Shown here in pieces: positions 9,845-21,339 of a stretch of DNA of 64,000 nt. The position numbers were made by a program, and so were the translations under genes. The notes under the pieces are model-generated. The model saw nothing but the letters and a program-made list of their open reading frames with translations. It was not told where the DNA came from and did not search any database. The DNA comes from a bacterium (GTDB lineage: Bacteria > Patescibacteriota > Dojkabacteria > JAKAPS01 > JAJZLI01): the NCBI GenBank assembly GCA_021816845.1, contig JAKAWT010000001.1, positions 6,087 to 70,086 of the forward strand. The letters are read 5' to 3'. Each line of letters begins with the position of its first letter. Position 1 is the first letter of the stretch.

Positions 9845-10958
9845 TTTTTATTATATTATTAATTTTATTTTCTAAATTCTTTTTGAATATATCCTTAGAA
9901 AATCTCCTTGCATTATCTATACACTCTATAGGGTTAGATGGATTATCATAAATCTTCTTTAATGCTTTTTCAAGAGACCTAGATCCAAGAGATGTATCTT
10001 CATAGAAAAAATATCCTGTGACCCCCTCTTTTACACTTTCCATAGCCCCATCCTTAAATAATGCTACTACACCTTTCCCACAGGCCTGGGCTTCAATAGG
10101 TACAAGCCCAAAATCTTCTGCCCCAGGAAAGATAATAGCTTTAGACTGATTTATTATATCAATCATATCATCATCCCCAACATTGCCCAAAAATTCAATA
10201 TTAGATGATGATATCTTCTCTAGTTGATTTTTATATCCACCATCACCTATTATTTTTAATTTATAGTTAAGTTTTATACAAGTTTTTATTGCTATATCAA
10301 TATTTTTATACTTTTCTAGTCTTGATACAATTAGAAAGTAATCTCCATCAGTGAATTTATCATTTTTTAAAAATTTATTTGTATCAACATACGGATATAT
10401 AACGACACTATCCCTCCTATAAAATTTCTTTACTCTCCTTGATACTGCATTTGATATTGTAAAAAGATGATCTACCCTTTGGGCTGATGCAAAATCAATA
10501 ATCCTTAAATAATTATTGATAAAATATAAAGGTATTTTTTTTAGACCAGAGAAGGTATCTTGTCTAGAGTTAGGTAATCCCCATAAAAATCTAGGGGGTG
10601 TTAATATATAAGATATATGTAGAGTTGTATCAGATATAACAATGTTTTTTGCAAAACCAGCTGTAAGAGATAACACAATATCGTACTCATCAAAATTAAA
10701 TTCTTCAAATGCTAATGGATATAAAGGTGTCATAAACGGCCCAAAATATTTAAATAGTTTATTATACTTGCTCTCTATAATATTATATTCTCTAAACTTA
10801 TCTGGAAGTTTCTCTTTAATATACAAAGTTGTAAAAATTGGGGCATTTGGAAAGACTTCCATAATAGCTTCAAGATGCCTCTCTGCACCACCATATATTT
10901 TAAGAAAATCACATACTATAGCAATTTTAAAATCTGAATTCTTTACATTTTTTTCCAT
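9834..10958 (-). CDS. Glycosyltransferase family 4
   Basis: GGAER and EDFGLVPIEAQACG. Confidence 0.92.
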   Translation of the reverse strand: MEKNVKNSDFKIAIVCDFLKIYGGAERHLEAIMEVFPNAPIFTTLYIKEKLPDKFREYNIIESKYNKLFKYFGPFMTPLYPLAFEEFNFDEYDIVLSLTAGFAKNIVISDTTLHISYILTPPRFLWGLPNSRQDTFSGLKKIPLYFINNYLRIIDFASAQRVDHLFTISNAVSRRVKKFYRRDSVVIYPYVDTNKFLKNDKFTDGDYFLIVSRLEKYKNIDIAIKTCIKLNYKLKIIGDGGYKNQLEKISSSNIEFLGNVGDDDMIDIINQSKAIIFPGAEDFGLVPIEAQACGKGVVALFKDGAMESVKEGVTGYFFYEDTSLGSRSLEKALKKIYDNPSNPIECIDNARRFSKDIFKKNLENKINNIIKNGI

Positions 10959-12064
10959 TTTGAGTTTACAAATTCTTCAATCTTTTCTCTAAATATTTCT
11001 CTGCTAAATCCCAAAGACACTCTTCTTAAATAATCTATATCAAATTCTATCTTCTCAAATCTTATAACTCCATCAATAACACTTTCTTTATCTTGTTTTT
11101 TAAAGAAGACACCTGTTTTTTGATCCTCTATGATATCTTTCACACCACCTTTGCCATATGCTATTACTCCTTTCCCACAAGCTAAAGCTTCAACAGGAAC
11201 TATTCCGAAATCTTCTTTTGATGGAAATAACAAACCCTTACATTTTAGTAATTGACTTTTTACCTCGTTATCATTTAAACCTTCATAAAATTTAATATTA
11301 TCTGTAAGACTTTCTTTAAGTCTATTTATATATGAGGATTCTCCATTACCTACAATATGTAACGGATATCCTAAAAATTTAAAAGCATCAATTAGAATAT
11401 CTACCCTTTTCCATGGAACAATTCTACCTATATACAGATAGTATCCTTGATCTTCTACTTTTCCATTTATGAATCTTTCAACATCAACTGGCGGATTGAT
11501 TATAACACTATCTTTATTATAGAATTTTTTTATTCTTTTTTGAGTAAATTCTGAATTTGCAATAAAAAAATCTGGTCTATAAGATGCCTGATAATCCCAA
11601 ATTCTCAAATATGAAACTAGTAATGGTAATATTTTCTTTTTTATACCTTTAATATTATACATCTTAATATATTCGTGATAGTCCCATATATAACGCGAAG
11701 GAGAATGCATATAGCATATATGCAACGTTCCTGGTTTGGTTATAATTCCATGAGCAAATCTAGTTGATGAAGAAATGACAACATCAAATTCATCAAAATT
11801 AAAACTTTCAAATGCTAAAGGGTATAAAAAGAAAAAACTTTTAGGATGTTTTTTTATAATTTTATATTTATTCAAAAAAGACATCCTTAAATTTCCAATT
11901 TTGTTAGGAATTTTTGATACTACAATATCTGATGATAAAGCAGTATACAAAGGAGGTTTTTCATACATATCAGATAGTTCTAATACCACTCTTTCAGCCC
12001 CTCCAAATTGGCATAGGTCATCATGAGCAAGAGCAATATTAATACCTACATCTTTATATTTCAT
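10943..12064 (-). CDS. Glycosyltransferase family 4
   Basis: GGAERV and EDFGIVPVEALACG; paralog of the adjacent GT4. Confidence 0.92.
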   Translation of the reverse strand: MKYKDVGINIALAHDDLCQFGGAERVVLELSDMYEKPPLYTALSSDIVVSKIPNKIGNLRMSFLNKYKIIKKHPKSFFFLYPLAFESFNFDEFDVVISSSTRFAHGIITKPGTLHICYMHSPSRYIWDYHEYIKMYNIKGIKKKILPLLVSYLRIWDYQASYRPDFFIANSEFTQKRIKKFYNKDSVIINPPVDVERFINGKVEDQGYYLYIGRIVPWKRVDILIDAFKFLGYPLHIVGNGESSYINRLKESLTDNIKFYEGLNDNEVKSQLLKCKGLLFPSKEDFGIVPVEALACGKGVIAYGKGGVKDIIEDQKTGVFFKKQDKESVIDGVIRFEKIEFDIDYLRRVSLGFSREIFREKIEEFVNSKWKKM

Positions 12065-12139
12065 ATTTGCATTATATCATCAGATATTTTTTTATGTATA
12101 TATTGACTTTACTAGAGATTTAGGAATAAATTATATAAT

Positions 12140-13126
12140 ATGAAAAATATATTAGTTCTTGGTGGTGCTGGATATATAGGGTCTCATACAGTATTAATGC
12201 TTGAAAGTCGAGGGTATAAGGCTATAGTTTTAGATAATTTATCTTCTGGACATAAACAATCCTTAAAAAATACTAATGCCACTATATATATTGATGAGAT
12301 ATCAAAAGAAAATCTAGAAAAGATAGCAGAAAAACACAAAATTGACGGAATTATATATTTTGCTGGATCTATAGCGGTTGGAGAATCTATGAGCAACCCT
12401 TCACTCTATCTACATAACAATCTTTTTAATGGGGTTACTATATTAGATTTTATGAAAGATAAGAACATTAATAAAATGGTTTTTTCTTCTTCAGCGGCTG
12501 TATATGGTATACCTTTAAAAGTCCCAATTTTTGAAGATGATAGAAAAAGTCCAATAAATGTTTATGGGTTTTCAAAAGCTGCATATGAAGATATTTTGAA
12601 GTTTTATGATCAAATATTTGGGATAAAATCAGTTTCATTAAGATATTTTAATGCAGCAGGTGCATCTTTAAAAAATAATATTGGGGAAGATCATAAAGAA
12701 GAAACACATCTTATTCCTCTAATTTTAAAAACAGCATTGGGTCAAAGAGAGTCAATAAAAATATATGGAGACACTTATAAAACATTGGATGGAACATGTA
12801 TTAGAGATTATATACATGTAGATGATTTAGCCCAAGCTCATATACTTGCATTAGAATATCTTCAAAATCATGGAGATAGTGATTATTTCAATATAGGCAA
12901 TGGATCTGGTCATTCTGTAAAAGAGATTATTGATTTATCAAAAAAGATAACAAATATTGACTTTAAGGTTGAGATAGAGGGTAAAAGAGAAGGTGATCCT
13001 GATATTTTAATTGCATCATCTTCAAAGATACAAAAAAAACTACATTGGAACTCACAATTTTCTATAGAAGATATAATAAAAAGCGCATGGACATGGCATA
13101 AAAATAACCCTAATGGTTTTGTATAA
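12140..13126 (+). CDS. galE: UDP-glucose 4-epimerase
   Basis: GGAGYIGSH, SSSAAVYG, YGFSK, LRYFNAAGA, RDYIHV. Confidence 0.95.
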   Translation: MKNILVLGGAGYIGSHTVLMLESRGYKAIVLDNLSSGHKQSLKNTNATIYIDEISKENLEKIAEKHKIDGIIYFAGSIAVGESMSNPSLYLHNNLFNGVTILDFMKDKNINKMVFSSSAAVYGIPLKVPIFEDDRKSPINVYGFSKAAYEDILKFYDQIFGIKSVSLRYFNAAGASLKNNIGEDHKEETHLIPLILKTALGQRESIKIYGDTYKTLDGTCIRDYIHVDDLAQAHILALEYLQNHGDSDYFNIGNGSGHSVKEIIDLSKKITNIDFKVEIEGKREGDPDILIASSSKIQKKLHWNSQFSIEDIIKSAWTWHKNNPNGFV

Positions 13127-13185
13127 TGCTTTGTAATATATTGTTTTTGTAGTATACTCACTATTATTTTTAAACAGGGATTTAA

Positions 13186-14322
13186 ATGAAGTATATAGGT
13201 ATAGATTGTAGAGGTATAGAAGAAAAGCAAACAGGTATAGGAAACTATACAAAAAGCTTATTATCTGAAATCGTAAAGGAGGATAAAAATAATATATATT
13301 ATTTAATTTTTAATCAAAATAATATATTTTTAAAATATAAGGAACAATACACAAAATATAAAAATGTGAAAGTAGTTTCTATATTTTCTAAAAGACAAAA
13401 CCCTTTATCAGAAATAACCCTAGCTTTTGAACTTAGAGGTTTAAAAATTGACCTTTTTTGGACAGATATTTGGGGCAGTGTATACTATCATGGAGTAGAT
13501 TATGTTTTGTCACTACATGACATTATTGGTGTAAAAAGGAAAGATTTCGTAAGTTTGAAATATAGGATATATAATCTCTTCCATTTAAAATGGACAGTAA
13601 AACATGCATCTTTTGTATTTGTGCCTACCAAAGCTGTTAAGGATGATATAATAAAATATTTAAAAATAAGAAAGGGATCTAGATTACACAGATTTGGACC
13701 CAAGAGAATAAAAGTAACTGGAGAAGGTCTAACACGATTAAGATCATCGGTAGATCCAGAACTTGATAATGGAACATTTGAGAATATCTCTAAAAAATAT
13801 GGAATCAAAAATCCATATTTTATATATGTTGGTAACGATAGACCTCATAAGAATATAGAGGGATTGGTGAAAACATTTATAAGTTTTAAGAAAAAATATA
13901 AAAATGGTGCTCATTTAATACTTTGTGGAGTACCTAGAAATAATAAATACATTAAGAAAAGAAATAAAAGTTATATAGAGGCATTAGGGTATGTTTCTGA
14001 ATCTGAAAAATTTGCACTCTTAGAGCATGCTGTAGCATTTGTCACACTATCTTTTGATGAAGGATTCGGATTACCTCTCTTGGAAGCAACTGCATCGGGG
14101 TGTCCTGTTGTTTGTAGTGACATCCCTGTATTTAGAGAAATTATGGGGGATAGTGGAGCAATATTTGTGGATCCATATAGAGTCAGACCTGTTGCCAAAA
14201 GCTTAAATTTATTATACAGTGATAATATAAAAAGAGATGATCTTGTAAAAGAAGCTAAGAAAAATCTCAAGAGATTTAGCTGGACTAAAACGGCAAAAAG
14301 GATATTAAAATATTTAAGATAA
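13186..14322 (+). CDS. Glycosyltransferase family 4 (MtfB/WbaZ-like)
   Basis: TGIGNY, PHKNIEGL, EGFGLPLLEA, SDIPVFRE. Confidence 0.9.
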   Translation: MKYIGIDCRGIEEKQTGIGNYTKSLLSEIVKEDKNNIYYLIFNQNNIFLKYKEQYTKYKNVKVVSIFSKRQNPLSEITLAFELRGLKIDLFWTDIWGSVYYHGVDYVLSLHDIIGVKRKDFVSLKYRIYNLFHLKWTVKHASFVFVPTKAVKDDIIKYLKIRKGSRLHRFGPKRIKVTGEGLTRLRSSVDPELDNGTFENISKKYGIKNPYFIYVGNDRPHKNIEGLVKTFISFKKKYKNGAHLILCGVPRNNKYIKKRNKSYIEALGYVSESEKFALLEHAVAFVTLSFDEGFGLPLLEATASGCPVVCSDIPVFREIMGDSGAIFVDPYRVRPVAKSLNLLYSDNIKRDDLVKEAKKNLKRFSWTKTAKRILKYLR

Positions 14323-14334
14323 AGGAATCTATAG

Positions 14335-15591
14335 ATGCCTCCTATAAAACTTAAAATTCCAAATAACATACTCTTAATACACCTTCTTAGAATTATTATC
14401 CTGGTTCTATTACTTTACCCTCTTTATTTGTATCTATCTAAAATTAATGCACTTTCATCAATATATTTAGTAATTATTGCTATTTTTATAAATGAAATAT
14501 TGAAGTTTCTATCTTCATTATTAATATATAAATTTGGTGTGGATAACATATTAATTGGGATGATTTCTTCTGTTATTGAAGGTTTAATAATTGTATTTAT
14601 ATTAAACTATATTGGTATATTATTCTCTATTGGAGATATTGTTTTAGCATTATCAATACTTGCAAACGCTATACTCTTCTCCTGGGAGGCAATACTGATT
14701 GAGGCAGTTATTGTTGGATTTACATACTTTTTTATAAATTTTGAAAAATATTCTATCACAAATTTAATTTACTATTTGTTACAGTCATTATTTATTCTAT
14801 CTGTAGGTATATTAAACTTTTTCATGCAGAAAAAATTTATCAAATTAGAAGACATGGTTTTAAAAAAATCAACAATAAAGGATTCAAAAAGTGCTGAAGA
14901 TGTTAAAGATGAATTTACAATTATAGCATCTCATAATCTTAGAACTCCTCTAGCAGCACTAAGAGGTTATCTTCAACTGCTTGATGGCACAGATGATGAT
15001 GAAACAAGAAAAAATTATTTAAATCTTTTAAAAATTAACGTGGATAAATTATCAAATATCATTGAAGAGATAGTAGGGATGCTTACTATAGGTGATCAAA
15101 CATCAGACAATAAAATCAATATTAGAATAATATTGACAGAATTGATAGAAGGATTTAGAGAACAAGTAAGGCCAAAAAATATCCATATTAATCTCCACTA
15201 TGATGAGGGTGTACCAGATGTAAATTTGAATGAATATAGAATTAAAATAATATTGAAAAATATAATAGACAATGCAGTAAAATACTCCTATAACAATGCT
15301 AATATAGATATCAATGTAAAATCAGATGTAAGTGATTTAATTATAAGCATACAAGATTATGGAGTAGGGATAGATCCTGAACAGTTAAAAAATATTTTTA
15401 ATAAATATCATAAAACATCTGATATTATGGACACAAATTTTGAAGGTATGGGACTGGGTCTATATTTAGTAAAAAATTTACTTGATATTGAGATGGGTAA
15501 AATAGAGGTCAGATCTGAAAAAGGGAAAGGAACAGAATTTATTTTAAGATTTCCAATAAATGATGTTTTACAATCTCTAGAAAGAAAATAA
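14335..15591 (+). CDS. Membrane sensor histidine kinase
   Basis: Multi-TM N-terminus; H-box ASHNLRTPL, N-box NIIDNAVKY, DYGVGI, GMGLGL. Confidence 0.93.
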   Translation: MPPIKLKIPNNILLIHLLRIIILVLLLYPLYLYLSKINALSSIYLVIIAIFINEILKFLSSLLIYKFGVDNILIGMISSVIEGLIIVFILNYIGILFSIGDIVLALSILANAILFSWEAILIEAVIVGFTYFFINFEKYSITNLIYYLLQSLFILSVGILNFFMQKKFIKLEDMVLKKSTIKDSKSAEDVKDEFTIIASHNLRTPLAALRGYLQLLDGTDDDETRKNYLNLLKINVDKLSNIIEEIVGMLTIGDQTSDNKINIRIILTELIEGFREQVRPKNIHINLHYDEGVPDVNLNEYRIKIILKNIIDNAVKYSYNNANIDINVKSDVSDLIISIQDYGVGIDPEQLKNIFNKYHKTSDIMDTNFEGMGLGLYLVKNLLDIEMGKIEVRSEKGKGTEFILRFPINDVLQSLERK

Positions 15592-15634
15592 TTATAAATA
15601 TTCTATCTTTACTTATTTTTATATTTAATATAAA

Positions 15635-16897
15635 TTGGTATTAGATATGTTAAAAAAAGAGTTTTTTAAATTTCAAAGTGACTCTAGAATCTCTACTCCT
15701 GTAGCTTATGTAATATTTATAAGAATCTTTGTTAAGATTATAATTTTTGTTTCTGCACTATATTTTAAAGTTAGTATAGTAGATATTTTTATAATAGTCC
15801 TCATATTTCTAATATCTGAAATATATAGAAATCTAGGTACAATATTAGTTTCTTTAGGAAAACTACCAGAAGAGGCCGTAGGTGGAATTGTATCCGCAAT
15901 AGATGGTGCATTATTAGTGATACTTTTATATTATACAAACCTTTTAAGTACTGATCTATATCTCTTCATATTAATTTCAATTGCCTTTGATACAATAGAG
16001 TATGGTCTTGTTGCAGCATTTGCAGAAGGTGTAACAGCCAGTTTTTCATATGCCGCTTTTGCATTTTTGACAATGACCATAAGCCCTTTTTTCATATTAG
16101 TAAAAGTAGTTTTCATCATAACATTATCTTTAATAACAGGATGGCTATCTGAAAATTTAAAATCTACACAAATGGTATTACAAAACACACTTGAGAGGAC
16201 TAATAAAGAAGAAAGTTTAAATAAAATGAAAGATGAATTTATAGGGGCAGCTTCACATAATCTAAGAACACCTTTAAGTGTGATGAAGGGGTATATAGAA
16301 CTTATCCTGAATCATAGAGTAGGCCCAATAAATGATAAACAAAAAGATTATCTTTTAAATATAGAAACAAATATAGAATTATTACAAACATCTAGTGAAG
16401 ATTTGCTTAATATAATATCTCTTCAGGATAATCAAGTAACAGTAACTCCATCTTCAAATATAATATATGACTTCCTTAATGATATAGCGTTTGACTTCAA
16501 ATGGACTTTTAAAATTAAAGGAGTTAATTTAGAGACAAAATTTAATATCCCTACAAAGAAAATGGCAATATTTGATAATGATAAGCTCAAAATTGCAATA
16601 ACAAATATATTACATAAAGCTATATCTAATGCTAGAAAAGAAGTTTCATTTAAATCTAATATTGAGCAACAATATTGGACTATGGTCATTAAAGATGACG
16701 GACACGGTATCTCAAAAAAGGAAATTACTGATATTTTTAACAAAAATCAAGATATATTTGATACTATGAAGTCTTTACAGAAAAACGGAATTGGATTATA
16801 CATATCTAATGTTATAATAGAGTCTCATAAAGGACATATGGAAATTGTCTCAGTTGAAGGCGTAGGAACAACATTTAGAATTTACATCCCTATATGA
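15635..16897 (+). CDS. Membrane sensor histidine kinase with a degenerate N-box
   Basis: ASHNLRTPL, NILHKAISN, DDGHGI, GIGL. ATG 15647 is an alternative start. Confidence 0.88.
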   Translation: MVLDMLKKEFFKFQSDSRISTPVAYVIFIRIFVKIIIFVSALYFKVSIVDIFIIVLIFLISEIYRNLGTILVSLGKLPEEAVGGIVSAIDGALLVILLYYTNLLSTDLYLFILISIAFDTIEYGLVAAFAEGVTASFSYAAFAFLTMTISPFFILVKVVFIITLSLITGWLSENLKSTQMVLQNTLERTNKEESLNKMKDEFIGAASHNLRTPLSVMKGYIELILNHRVGPINDKQKDYLLNIETNIELLQTSSEDLLNIISLQDNQVTVTPSSNIIYDFLNDIAFDFKWTFKIKGVNLETKFNIPTKKMAIFDNDKLKIAITNILHKAISNARKEVSFKSNIEQQYWTMVIKDDGHGISKKEITDIFNKNQDIFDTMKSLQKNGIGLYISNVIIESHKGHMEIVSVEGVGTTFRIYIPI

Positions 16898-17256
16898 GTA
16901 AGATATTAATTGTAGAAGACAATAAAGATATATTAAGTATCTATAAAAAGGAGTTGGAGTATAACAAATACGAAGTAGAGTCAGCAGAAACTGGACAAGC
17001 TGGTATAGGTCTGATTGAAAAAGATTCTTTTGATCTAATTGTATTAGATATTATGCTTCCAGATATGTCAGGGATTGATTTACTTAAAAAAGCAAAAGAG
17101 AAAGATAAGAAACAAAAAGTTGTAATGTTAACTAATGTTGATATTCCTGCAGTTGTAAATGAAGCATATGCAAATGGCGCGGATGGATACTTGATCAAAG
17201 CTGAGTTATTACCATCTCAGGTTGTTGAAGAGATACAAAGATATCTAAACGGATAA
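16894..17256 (+). CDS. Single-domain response regulator (receiver only)
   Basis: ILIVEDN, LDIMLPDMSG, MLTN, YLIK. Confidence 0.93.
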   Translation: MSKILIVEDNKDILSIYKKELEYNKYEVESAETGQAGIGLIEKDSFDLIVLDIMLPDMSGIDLLKKAKEKDKKQKVVMLTNVDIPAVVNEAYANGADGYLIKAELLPSQVVEEIQRYLNG

Positions 17257-17344
17257 AATTAATATCTTGCATTCAACAAAATTCATAATTTTATTGATAA
17301 AGATTATCATTTCGTATAAAATTGTGATAATAAAGGTATAATCA

Positions 17345-19036
17345 ATGAGTATTCTTATTACATATACAACAATAATACTTGCCTCAGCACTTATAGGGGG
17401 ATATATTGCTTCAAGATTTAATCAATATATTATTGTTGGATACATAATAATAGGATTAATACTAGGTTCATTCATAATATCATCACATTCTTCCCAAGAC
17501 TATTTAAATAGTCTTGCATACATTGGAGTAGCTTTATTAGTATTTTCAAACGGGACAGAATTTTCACTTTCAAAAATTCTAAACTATAGAAAAATAATAA
17601 TCTCTGGAACTTTGTTGCAAACTCTCTTAACTTCATTAATTCTAACTGTAATATTTCTATTTTTTGGACTTGCTATAATTCCTGCATTTGTTATTGGATC
17701 AGCTTTTGCAATGAGTTCTACAATAATTGTTACTAAGGTTTTAAAAGATCTTGATAGAAATTATTCCCAAGAGGGAGAGATGACTTTTTCCTGGTTGATG
17801 GTACAAGATATACTAACTATCCCACTACTTGTTTTTTTGACTAATCTTAGTATATCCGGAGGAAACTTACTGATACCTATACTAATAGCAATCCTCAAAA
17901 GTATACTTATTTTCCTAGTACTGTATTATTTAGGTTTGATAATAATTCCTTATATTCTATCTAAAATAGCTCAGACAGAAATAAGAGAACTTATGATATT
18001 GGCTATTATATCAATACTATTTATAATCATAGTAATATCATCATATTTTGGAATATCACCTATTATCGCAGCTTTCATGGCAGGGTTAATAATATCTAAA
18101 GGAATGATGAACCATCAAATAGCATCTGAAATAAAACCTTTTAAAGACCTATTTTCAGTATTTTTCTTCGTCCTTATAGGTGCAGTTACACCTCTTTCTT
18201 TTATAATAGGCAATTTTTTCATCATAATACTAATAGCATCATTAATAATTCTCGTAAAAATAGTCACGACTTATACAGAACTAAGAATATATAAATTCCA
18301 TTCTATGACATCATTTATTGTTGCATTAAATATGTTTCAAGCAGGAGAATTTTCTTTTGTAATAGGGACAGTAGCCTATCAAGGACATATAATATCTGCA
18401 TTTTCATACCACCTTCTACTCGGAGTTACGATATTAACCATGATATTAACTCCTGTTATAATCAAAAGAAATACTAGTATATATGACCATTTAAGTCTAT
18501 TTATAGATAAACATTTACATTTTCTGCATCATAAACTTTTTGACCGCAAAATTAAAGATAGTATTAAGAAAGAGAAACATAAAGAAATTATTATTGCAGG
18601 ATATGGGAGAGTAGGAAGGCAAATAGTAGATATTTTGAAGAAAAATAATGTAGAATGCAGTGTCATAGATTTTAACAAGGGCATAATGGAAGAACATAAT
18701 AGTCATAGCGTGAATTTTATATATGGTAATGCAGATAGTATGGATATATTAAAAGTTGCAGACATTATACATGCAAAAATAATGATAATAACAACCCCAG
18801 ATATAGAAATTAATTATAAAATAGCTCAAATATCAAAAAGTGTAAATCCAGCTATTAAAATTATAGCTCGTTCACACCTACCTCATCACAAAGATATTTT
18901 ACTGCAATCTGGAGTAGAATACGTTATAGAACCTGAAAAAGAAACCGCAATAACAATAGCAGATTTACTTTTAAGATATCTTGGTAAGGGTAAATCAGAT
19001 CTACGATTATCATTTGAGGGTACAAATACATTATGA
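17345..19036 (+). CDS. CPA2 cation:proton antiporter with TrkA-N domain (Kef/YbaL-like)
   Basis: About 12 TM; SSTII, VQD, QAGEFSFV, GYGRVG. Confidence 0.9.
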   Translation: MSILITYTTIILASALIGGYIASRFNQYIIVGYIIIGLILGSFIISSHSSQDYLNSLAYIGVALLVFSNGTEFSLSKILNYRKIIISGTLLQTLLTSLILTVIFLFFGLAIIPAFVIGSAFAMSSTIIVTKVLKDLDRNYSQEGEMTFSWLMVQDILTIPLLVFLTNLSISGGNLLIPILIAILKSILIFLVLYYLGLIIIPYILSKIAQTEIRELMILAIISILFIIIVISSYFGISPIIAAFMAGLIISKGMMNHQIASEIKPFKDLFSVFFFVLIGAVTPLSFIIGNFFIIILIASLIILVKIVTTYTELRIYKFHSMTSFIVALNMFQAGEFSFVIGTVAYQGHIISAFSYHLLLGVTILTMILTPVIIKRNTSIYDHLSLFIDKHLHFLHHKLFDRKIKDSIKKEKHKEIIIAGYGRVGRQIVDILKKNNVECSVIDFNKGIMEEHNSHSVNFIYGNADSMDILKVADIIHAKIMIITTPDIEINYKIAQISKSVNPAIKIIARSHLPHHKDILLQSGVEYVIEPEKETAITIADLLLRYLGKGKSDLRLSFEGTNTL

Positions 19037-21291
19037 AGGTAAATGAAATAATTAATAATAAAGTTATACTTAAAATTGCAGTTCCTAAGAACAATGATAA
19101 AACACCTTTAGCAGCAGAACAAATGTTTGCTTCATTACATGGAATTATAGGTGATAATAAAAAATCAGCAGAACACATAGGATTTGAGATAGTATCATCT
19201 AAAACTGGCATTTTATTCTTTGCTATAACTACAAGAAATTATAAAGATTTTGTTATGGGACAGATATATGCACAATATCCTCACGCAGAGATTGATGAAG
19301 TAAATGATTATACAGAATCTTTTAAACATTTTAAATATTTTGCAATATCAGAAATATCATTAAAGAAAAACTACATTCTACCCATAAAAACTTTTGCTAA
19401 TTTTGACGTTGATCCTTTGTCAGCATTAACTAATGCTATGATTAAGAATAATTCTGATAATCTTTCTTCAATACAAATATTATTAAGACCTATTAATGGG
19501 GGTTGGCATAATAAGGCAAAAAAATATATCAATAGCAGTCGAGGAGCAGATATTGGATCTAGTATAACTACGTCATTATTAAAAATTATCACATCAGAAA
19601 TAGTATCAAACAAGAATAAAACTACACAAGTATCAAAGCCTACACTATCAAGTTTAGAGCAAGGCGCCTTATCAGAAATAGAGAAGAAAATAACAAAAGT
19701 AGGATATGAGGTTTTAATAAGGATTATATCTCTATCAAACAATAGTTATGAGCCTGAAAATACCATATCTCATATACAGGCAGCATTCAATCAATATAAC
19801 TACCCTCATTTAAATGCCTTTGATGTAAAGAAAACTAAAGATAAAGGACATATAATATATCAACAATTTATAAATAGATATATGGGTAAAAAAATATCAA
19901 CAGTACTAAATACAGAAGAAGTAGCATCTTTATACCATTTACCAGACTTATCAGTAGAGACACCGTCTATAATATACTCCAAAGCAAAAAAAGCAGAACC
20001 ACCAATAAATCTACCAACAGAAAATGTTAACTATATTGGAATAACATCTTTTAGAGGCATGAGTAATAGATTTGGCATAAAGACAGAGGACCGAAGACGA
20101 CATATGTATATATTAGGGAAAACAGGCACGGGAAAATCTACGATGATAAAGAATATGGTGATTCAAGATATTATTAATGGTAAAGGCGTTGGTATATTTG
20201 ACCCTCATGGAGATCTAGTAGAAGATATCTTAAATTTTATACCTCCTCAAAGGATAAATGATGTTGTAATAATTGATCCATCTGATACTGAGTACCCTGT
20301 ATCTATAAACCTTTTAGAATTAAAAGATTTATCTTTAAAAGATCTTGTTGCTGATAATATAGTATCCGTTTTTAAAAAACATTTTGATTCTTGGGGACCT
20401 AGATTAGAATATCTTTTACACAACTGTATCCTTACTCTAATCCAAGTAGATAATACATCTCTACTTGGTATACAAAGGATTCTCGTAGATAAAATATATA
20501 GGGAAAAAGTATTAAAACAAATAGATGACCCTATACTATTAAGGTTCTGGAATGAGGAGTATACAGCAATGGAAAAAAATCCTAGACTTGCTTCTGAGGC
20601 AATAGCACCTATACAAAACAAAGTTGGTAGATTTCTATCTAGTCAAACAATGAGGAATATTGTAGGTCAGGTAACATCAACAATAGATCTTGAAGAGATA
20701 ATGAATAATAATAAAATTCTCATTGTAAATTTATCTCAAGGTAAAATAGGTGAAGAACAGGCTTCATTATTTGGAGGAATGCTAATAACAAGACTACAAT
20801 CTGCAGCTATGAGTAGAATAAAAATAAAAGATGAAGAAAAAAGAAATGATTTTTACCTTTATGTTGATGAATTTCAAGTTTTTGCAACTAATGCTTTTGC
20901 AAAAATATTATCTGAAGCTAGAAAGTTTAGACTAAATCTAATTCTAGCACACCAATATATAGCTCAACTAGATATTGATATCAAAGATGCTATATTCGGT
21001 AATATAGGTACTACAATATGTTTTGTTGTAGGTCCTCAAGATGCAGGAGAACTTGAGAAAGAATTTATGCCAGTATTTTCACAAGAAGATCTAATATCTC
21101 TAGAAAAACATCATTTTTATACAAAATTAATGATTGATGGTATGATATCTACCCCATTTAGTGCAATATCTGAAGATCTTAGATATACAAAAAATGATAA
21201 CAAAGATAAGGTTATAAAAGTTTCCAGAGAGAGATATGCAAGAAGCAAAAGTGATATTGAGGATAAGATATCAAGATGGACAAAAAATTAA
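19033..21291 (+). CDS. VirB4/TraD/HerA-like P-loop ATPase (CPR type IV secretion-like DNA-binding ATPase)
   Basis: DRRRHMYILGKTGTGKS, FDPHGD, LYVDEFQ, LSEARKFRL, AHQY. Confidence 0.88.
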   Translation: MKVNEIINNKVILKIAVPKNNDKTPLAAEQMFASLHGIIGDNKKSAEHIGFEIVSSKTGILFFAITTRNYKDFVMGQIYAQYPHAEIDEVNDYTESFKHFKYFAISEISLKKNYILPIKTFANFDVDPLSALTNAMIKNNSDNLSSIQILLRPINGGWHNKAKKYINSSRGADIGSSITTSLLKIITSEIVSNKNKTTQVSKPTLSSLEQGALSEIEKKITKVGYEVLIRIISLSNNSYEPENTISHIQAAFNQYNYPHLNAFDVKKTKDKGHIIYQQFINRYMGKKISTVLNTEEVASLYHLPDLSVETPSIIYSKAKKAEPPINLPTENVNYIGITSFRGMSNRFGIKTEDRRRHMYILGKTGTGKSTMIKNMVIQDIINGKGVGIFDPHGDLVEDILNFIPPQRINDVVIIDPSDTEYPVSINLLELKDLSLKDLVADNIVSVFKKHFDSWGPRLEYLLHNCILTLIQVDNTSLLGIQRILVDKIYREKVLKQIDDPILLRFWNEEYTAMEKNPRLASEAIAPIQNKVGRFLSSQTMRNIVGQVTSTIDLEEIMNNNKILIVNLSQGKIGEEQASLFGGMLITRLQSAAMSRIKIKDEEKRNDFYLYVDEFQVFATNAFAKILSEARKFRLNLILAHQYIAQLDIDIKDAIFGNIGTTICFVVGPQDAGELEKEFMPVFSQEDLISLEKHHFYTKLMIDGMISTPFSAISEDLRYTKNDNKDKVIKVSRERYARSKSDIEDKISRWTKN

Positions 21292-21339
21292 ACATTTTGA
21301 AAATTTGCAATAAGACCAATATTTTATTAAAATAATACT

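Noticed and set aside
19033-21291. Conjugative element or ICE around the VirB4/TraD-like ATPase
   Set aside because: No relaxase, integrase or mating-pair genes are nearby; stand-alone copies are common in CPR chromosomes.
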